Shown here: positions 59,336-64,000 of the stretch, piece after piece
Position numbering within the stretch: the first letter of the stretch is position 1
Layout of the letters: the number at the start of each line of letters is the position of its first letter
Assembly: GCA_052034255.1 (NCBI GenBank)
Contig: JBPOIU010000019.1
Span: 7,842 to 71,841 of the forward strand
DNA from: Planctomycetota bacterium
GTDB lineage: Bacteria > Planctomycetota > B15-G4 > JADJEK01
DNA: 64,000 nt
Direction: 5' to 3'
Program-made: the position numbers and the translations under genes
The notes under the pieces: generated by a model
Seen by the model: the letters and a program-made list of their open reading frames with translations, nothing else
The model's database searches: none
Told to the model about the DNA's origin: nothing

Positions 59336-62300
59336 CTACATCTGTGCCTTCAACACCTTGCGTGCTTCCCGAACCACCGCGGCGTTGAACATGTCGACAT
59401 CGAGGAACAGCCGACGCTTCTCGGAATCCTCGAACTCCGCGGCGCGCTCGAGCACGAGGTCGAATGCGCGCGCCAGGTACTCCGCCGCCTCTTCCTTGCG
59501 CTTCAGCTTCTTCAAGCAGCGGTAGTGGACGAACAGGGTCTCCGCGGCGCGCTTCTTGCCGGCGCGACCGGACTCGACGAACTTCAATCCCTTGCGGCTG
59601 ACCGCCAGCGCGAACTGCGGCGCATCGGCGGCCAGGTGCGCGAAGGCGAGCACGGTGTACGCGTACGCCTCCTGGCGTTCGAGGCCGAGTTGCTGCGCGC
59701 GCTTGACCGCGGCACTGGCGTGCACGACGGCCTTCGCGGGATCGCGCGCACTCCATTGCCGAGCCGAGTAGGTCAGCGCCAACGCGATGTGCGAGTAGAC
59801 CTCGTACGCCGGATCGTCGTCCCCCGCCAGTCCGGCGATGGCTTGTTCGAGGCGCGTGATCGCGACGTCGTACTCGCGGCGCCGCAGCGCGAGGTCTCCC
59901 TGCAGGTATTGGCAGCGCGCGAGTTGGACTTGGTCCGAGCATGCGGTCGCGACGTGCTCGGCGACGTCGACGGCTTTCGCGCCGCGCGCGACGTCGCCGA
60001 TCTCGCGGTACGCACGCGCGATGTGGAAGAACGCGCGACTGCGCCCGCGATCGTCCTCGAGTTCCTCGAACGACTTCAACGCTTCCTTGAACGTTCGTAG
60101 CGCTTCCTGCGCGCGGTCCGTCGACAGCAGGTATTGACCGAGCAGCAGCATGCCGAACGCGCGGCCGGTTTCGTCGCCGGCCTTGCGCGCGAGTTCGTCC
60201 GCCTGGCGCAGCACGTTCTCGCAGTCCGGGTCGCCGAGGAAGCGCTGGACTTCGGCCTTCACGCGCAACGCCGCGGCTTCGAGCGACGGATCGCCGGATT
60301 CGATCGCGGCCATGCGCGCGCGCTCGGCGTGATGGACCGCGGCGAACGTGCGCGCCGTCACGGCGTTGAAGCGCGCGAGCATCACTTCGGATTCGGCGAT
60401 CTCCGCGGCACGGCCGAGGTCGTGCGCCGCGCGCGCCGCGACCACCAGACTGTCGCCCTGCGCCTCCCGATGCCCGAGGTGACCCGCGATCGACGCGCGC
60501 ACCTGATGCAGCGCGAACACGTCCTCCGGAGCCAATGGCGCTCCGCTTGCCGCGGCTTTCTCGGCGTGCTGCACGGCGGTGTTCGCGAGCCGCTCGGCGC
60601 GCTCGTGCTGGTTGCGCGCGACGAGGAACTTCGCCGCGCCGACGAGGTAGCGCGCCGCCGGGCCGTGCTCTTCGGCGATGGAATAGTGCACACCCGCTTC
60701 GTAGGCGGCCCGTGTCGCCTCGTGCGCATGCGCGGCCTCTTTCGCCAACATCTGCGCGACGCGGAGGTGGTGCTTCTGCTTCGCCGCGGGCTGCAGGCGC
60801 GCGTAGACCTGTTCGCGCAACATGTGGTGATCGAAGCGGTATGCCTGGTCGAACGCGCGGATCATGCGATAGCGATCGACGAGGCGCGACACGATCTGCG
60901 ACGCCGCCGTGAAATCGAGGCCGAGTCCCTCGACGACCGGCTCGATCTTGAAGCGCGGTCCGAACACCGACGCGAACTCGAGGAAGGCGCGGGCTTGCGG
61001 ATCGACGTCCTCGAGGCGCCGGGACAGCAGTTCCGCGATCGAGTTCGGGATCGGCAGCTGCCGCAGATGCGACGGTTGCGGATCGTGCAGGCGGCCGCGG
61101 CGTTCGAGGTCCTCGATCAGCGCGAACAGGAACGCCGGATTGCCTTCACTGGCCGAATGGAGGCGTTCGGCGAGCGGTTTCTCGACCCGACGCGGGACAC
61201 CGAGGTCGCGCACGATGCCGGCGACCGCGGGACCGCTCAGGCGATCGAGCCCGACCCACACCGCTTCCCGTACTCCCTGCACGACCTTCAGGAACTCGGT
61301 GTGGGGATGCGTCGGATCGACCACGTCGGCTCCCGACGTGCGCACCGTGAACACCAACGCGATCGGGAACATCGCGACCGAGCGCACCAGCGATTCGAGG
61401 ACCTTCAACGCCGCGGCGTCCGCGAACTGCAGGTTCTCGAGCACCAGGATCAGCGCGGTTTTGATCGACAACGTGCGGATGACTTCGGCGTACAGCGCCG
61501 GGATCGCGTCCTTCGGCAGTTGCGACAACGCCTGCTCGGGCTCGCGATCGTCGATCAGCGCGGCGAACGCTTCGGCGAACACGCGGCGCTCGATCAAGTG
61601 CTCGCGCAACGACTCGATGAGCTTCTCCCGGCGCTGCTCGCGCGGAAGCGTCTTGAGCTCGAACGCGAACAGCAACGCTTCGTTCAACGCGAAGTACGGC
61701 AGCGGCGTCGCGACGTCGAGGAAGCGCGAGACGACCGCATTGGTCGGGAACGCGCCGACTTCGGCTTCTTCGAGCGCGGCGTCGACGAGGCGCGTCTTCC
61801 CCGCTCCGGCCTCGCCGGCGACGACGACGACGCGCCCGCTGCGGCCGATCGTCGCCGTGCGCAATGCGTCGACGATCGTCTCCAGCTCGCGCTCGCGGCC
61901 GTGGACGCGCGTGACGCGCGTGACCTTCAGTTGACGGCGCGCCTTGGACAGCCGCTCGATGCCGGTCTCCCCGGCGACGTATTGGCGCCACCACTCGGAG
62001 CGCTCGCGTTCGGTCAGGATGTCGGCGACGCGGCGCGCGGGCCTCAACCGGAACTCGGGTTTCTTCTCGAGCAGAGCCGAGACCACGCGCTCCAAGAGGT
62101 ACGTCACGCCGGGCGCGGTGCGCGACAACGGCGGCGCGACGAGGTTCGCGTGCGCGTGCATCGTCGTCTTCAGGTCGTCGCCGTGGAACGGGTTCTTGCC
62201 GCTCGCCATCTCGTAGAGGAGCACGCCGAGCGCGTAGAGATCGGCTTCGGGGCCGACGTCGAAGCCTTCGAGCTGCTCGGGCGCGGCGTACGCGATGCTG

Positions 62301-62851
62301 CCGAGGAACGTGCCCGGCAGCGAGATCTCGGTCCTCGGCTCGAGGAGACGCGAAAGCCCGAGATCGGCGATCACGGCGTGGCCGTCGTCCTCGACGAAGA
62401 CGTTCGCGGGCTTGATGTCGCGATGCACGGCTCCGGCGTCGTGGATCGCCGCCAAGCCATCGGCGATCTCGTGGCCGAGCTGCAGCACGCGCTCGATCGG
62501 CAGCGTCTTGGCTTCGTCGAGCACGCTGCGCAGCGTCTTGCCGCGCAGGCGCTGCATCGCCATGAAATGCACCTCGACGCCGCTGTGGGTCTCGGCGCCG
62601 ACGTCGTGGATGCGCATGACGCGCGGGTGACGCAACTTCTGACCGATTCCGCCCTCGCGCTCGAAGCGCTTCACGAGGTCCGGATTCGCGAGATGCGGAT
62701 GGAGGATCTTCAGCGCGACCTCGGCGTCGGCGCGCAAGCCGCGCTTCGCCTTCACCACGCGCGCCAAATAGACGGTGCCCATGCCGCCTTCACCGAGCTT
62801 CTCGATCACCCGGTAATTGCCGATTTGGCGGTCCTGGAAGGCGGTCGTCAT
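59336..62851 (-). CDS. Giant Ser/Thr protein kinase with AAA/STAND-type ATPase and TPR domains
   Basis: The start is at Met 62851. The N-terminal kinase motifs are GEGGMGTVYLA, ALK, HRDIKPANVFV, DLGLS and APE. An AAA Walker A (GEAGAGKTRL) follows, and the rest is a long helical TPR-like region. The product is 1171 aa. Confidence 0.85.
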   Translation of the reverse strand: MTTAFQDRQIGNYRVIEKLGEGGMGTVYLARVVKAKRGLRADAEVALKILHPHLANPDLVKRFEREGGIGQKLRHPRVMRIHDVGAETHSGVEVHFMAMQRLRGKTLRSVLDEAKTLPIERVLQLGHEIADGLAAIHDAGAVHRDIKPANVFVEDDGHAVIADLGLSRLLEPRTEISLPGTFLGSIAYAAPEQLEGFDVGPEADLYALGVLLYEMASGKNPFHGDDLKTTMHAHANLVAPPLSRTAPGVTYLLERVVSALLEKKPEFRLRPARRVADILTERERSEWWRQYVAGETGIERLSKARRQLKVTRVTRVHGRERELETIVDALRTATIGRSGRVVVVAGEAGAGKTRLVDAALEEAEVGAFPTNAVVSRFLDVATPLPYFALNEALLFAFELKTLPREQRREKLIESLREHLIERRVFAEAFAALIDDREPEQALSQLPKDAIPALYAEVIRTLSIKTALILVLENLQFADAAALKVLESLVRSVAMFPIALVFTVRTSGADVVDPTHPHTEFLKVVQGVREAVWVGLDRLSGPAVAGIVRDLGVPRRVEKPLAERLHSASEGNPAFLFALIEDLERRGRLHDPQPSHLRQLPIPNSIAELLSRRLEDVDPQARAFLEFASVFGPRFKIEPVVEGLGLDFTAASQIVSRLVDRYRMIRAFDQAYRFDHHMLREQVYARLQPAAKQKHHLRVAQMLAKEAAHAHEATRAAYEAGVHYSIAEEHGPAARYLVGAAKFLVARNQHERAERLANTAVQHAEKAAASGAPLAPEDVFALHQVRASIAGHLGHREAQGDSLVVAARAAHDLGRAAEIAESEVMLARFNAVTARTFAAVHHAERARMAAIESGDPSLEAAALRVKAEVQRFLGDPDCENVLRQADELARKAGDETGRAFGMLLLGQYLLSTDRAQEALRTFKEALKSFEELEDDRGRSRAFFHIARAYREIGDVARGAKAVDVAEHVATACSDQVQLARCQYLQGDLALRRREYDVAITRLEQAIAGLAGDDDPAYEVYSHIALALTYSARQWSARDPAKAVVHASAAVKRAQQLGLERQEAYAYTVLAFAHLAADAPQFALAVSRKGLKFVESGRAGKKRAAETLFVHYRCLKKLKRKEEAAEYLARAFDLVLERAAEFEDSEKRRLFLDVDMFNAAVVREARKVLKAQM

Positions 62852-63058
62852 GGCTCCTGCGCGCACCCGCGTTCCTTGCGGGTCGGAAAAGGCGGGATTA
62901 TAGTCCGCCCGCTTCGCGCTCCTTCCGCTCCTTTCGTCTCGCGAATGGTCTCGCGAGCGTCGCGTCGTGAGGGACGCGATGCCGCTGGCGCGCACATCGC
63001 GCGCTGGCCGATGACGCCGGGCATTCCGATGCCCGGTGTCCGTCCGAGGGGCCCGCCG

Positions 63059-64000
63059 TGATCCGCTTCCACAACACGCTGTCGCGCAAGCTCGAGGACT
63101 TCGTGCCGATCGTGGCCGGCAAGGCCGGCATGTACAACTGCGGCCCGACCGTCTACTCGAGCCAGCACATCGGCAACTACCGCGCGTACGGTTTCACGGA
63201 TCTGTTGCGGCGGTTCCTCGATCTGCGCGGGTTCCAGGTGACGCAGGTGATGAACATCACCGACGTCGGCCATCTGCGCGACGAGGTCCACGACGCCGGC
63301 GAGGACAAGCTCGAGGCCGCGGCGCGCAAGGCGAAGGTCGATCCGCAACAACTCGCGGCGATGTACACGCAGGAGTTCTTCGACGGACTCGACCTGCTGC
63401 GCGTGAAGCGCGCGCATCACTACCCGCGCGCGACGCAGCACGTGCCGCAGATGATCGAGATCATCCAAGGGCTGCTCGACAAGGGCATCGCGTACCGCGT
63501 CGGCGACGAGGTCTACTACGACGTCGCGCGCTTCCCGAACTACGGCGCGCTGTCGGGCAATCGCGGCGACGAACTCGAGGCCGGCGCGTCGGAACGCGTC
63601 GCCGACGAGGTCATGGCGAAGAAGCGCCATCCACGCGATTTCGCGTTGTGGAAGTCCGATCCGCACCACATCCAGCAATGGGATGCGCCGTGGGGTCGAG
63701 GCTTCCCGGGCTGGCACATCGAGTGCTCGGCGATGTCGCGTACGTACCTCGGCGACACGTTCGACATCCACACCGGCGGCGAGAACAACATCTTCCCGCA
63801 CCACGAATGCGAGATCGCGCAGAGCGAGGGCTTCACGGGCAAGCGCTTCGTGAACGTCTGGTTGCACGCCGCGCACCTCAATCTCGAGGGCGAGAAGATG
63901 GCGAAGTCCGAGGGCAACGTGCTGTACCCGAAGGACTTGGTCGCGCAGGGCGTGTCGCCGGTCGCGATCCGTTGGTACTTGCAGTCGGTGCATTACCGGC
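63059..64000 (+). CDS. cysS: Cysteine--tRNA ligase, 5' portion (continues beyond the window)
   Basis: The GTG start at 63059 gives VIRFHNTLSRKLEDFVPIVAGKAGMYNCGPTVYSSQHIGNYR, which is collinear with the CysS N-terminus (HIGH-type motif HIGN) and carries the zinc-binding CxxC..H..E region (HIECSAM, HHECE). Confidence 0.85.

Noticed and set aside
60134-63993. Plus-strand ORF 60134..63061 (975 aa) and minus-strand ORF 62848..63993 opposite the giant kinase gene and cysS
   Set aside because: Shadows. The true frames are the kinase/AAA/TPR gene on the minus strand and cysS on the plus strand (HIGN motif, GTG start at 63059).

Overview
This 64 kb window is high-GC (about 70%) bacterial chromosomal DNA. 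It is gene-dense, with roughly 50 genes, and contains no rRNA, tRNA, CRISPR array or transposase genes that I can see. The organism is most likely a Gram-negative with many Ser/Thr kinases and ECF sigma factors; phylum not determinable from this sequence.

Genes in order:
- 3' part of an error-prone polymerase gene (dnaE2/imuC-like)
- exported CHAT-TPR caspase-like protease with a translationally coupled secreted partner gene
- fasciclin-domain protein
- AhpD-like gene
- redoxin / cytochrome c / copper-monooxygenase-like fusion, overlapping a PD40 beta-propeller gene
- ssuABC/tauABC-type ABC transporter whose binding-protein gene is broken by an in-frame TGA
- very large exported LamG / PQQ-sugar-dehydrogenase / PKD protein
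- two tandem paralogous RTX-like beta-roll secreted proteins, divergent from an ECF sigma factor overlapping a Ser/Thr kinase with TPR repeats
- GH63-like glycoside hydrolase
- elaB / holin-like / small-protein stress module
- RlmD-like RNA methyltransferase
- di-haem cytochrome c peroxidase
- methyltransferase / membrane Ser/Thr kinase / MFS cluster
- SDR oxidoreductase
- HEAT-VWA exported protein
- complete cbb3 oxidase and assembly cluster (fused ccoNO, ccoQ, monohaem ccoP, ccoG, ccoH, a TauE/DsbD_2-like gene, ccoI, ccoS)
- complete kdp operon (extra micro-ORF, kdpF, kdpA, kdpB, kdpC, a secretin-domain gene coupled between kdpC and kdpD, kdpD, kdpE)
- giant Ser/Thr kinase with AAA ATPase and TPR domains
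- 5' part of cysS

Many long ORFs in the six-frame track are antisense or alternate-frame shadows of real genes caused by the GC bias, and I rejected them. The most unusual items are the secretin gene embedded in the kdp operon, the two hydrophobic micro-ORFs before kdpA, the exported CHAT protease and partner, the RTX-like paralog pair beside an ECF sigma factor and kinase, and the in-frame stop inside the ABC binding-protein gene.
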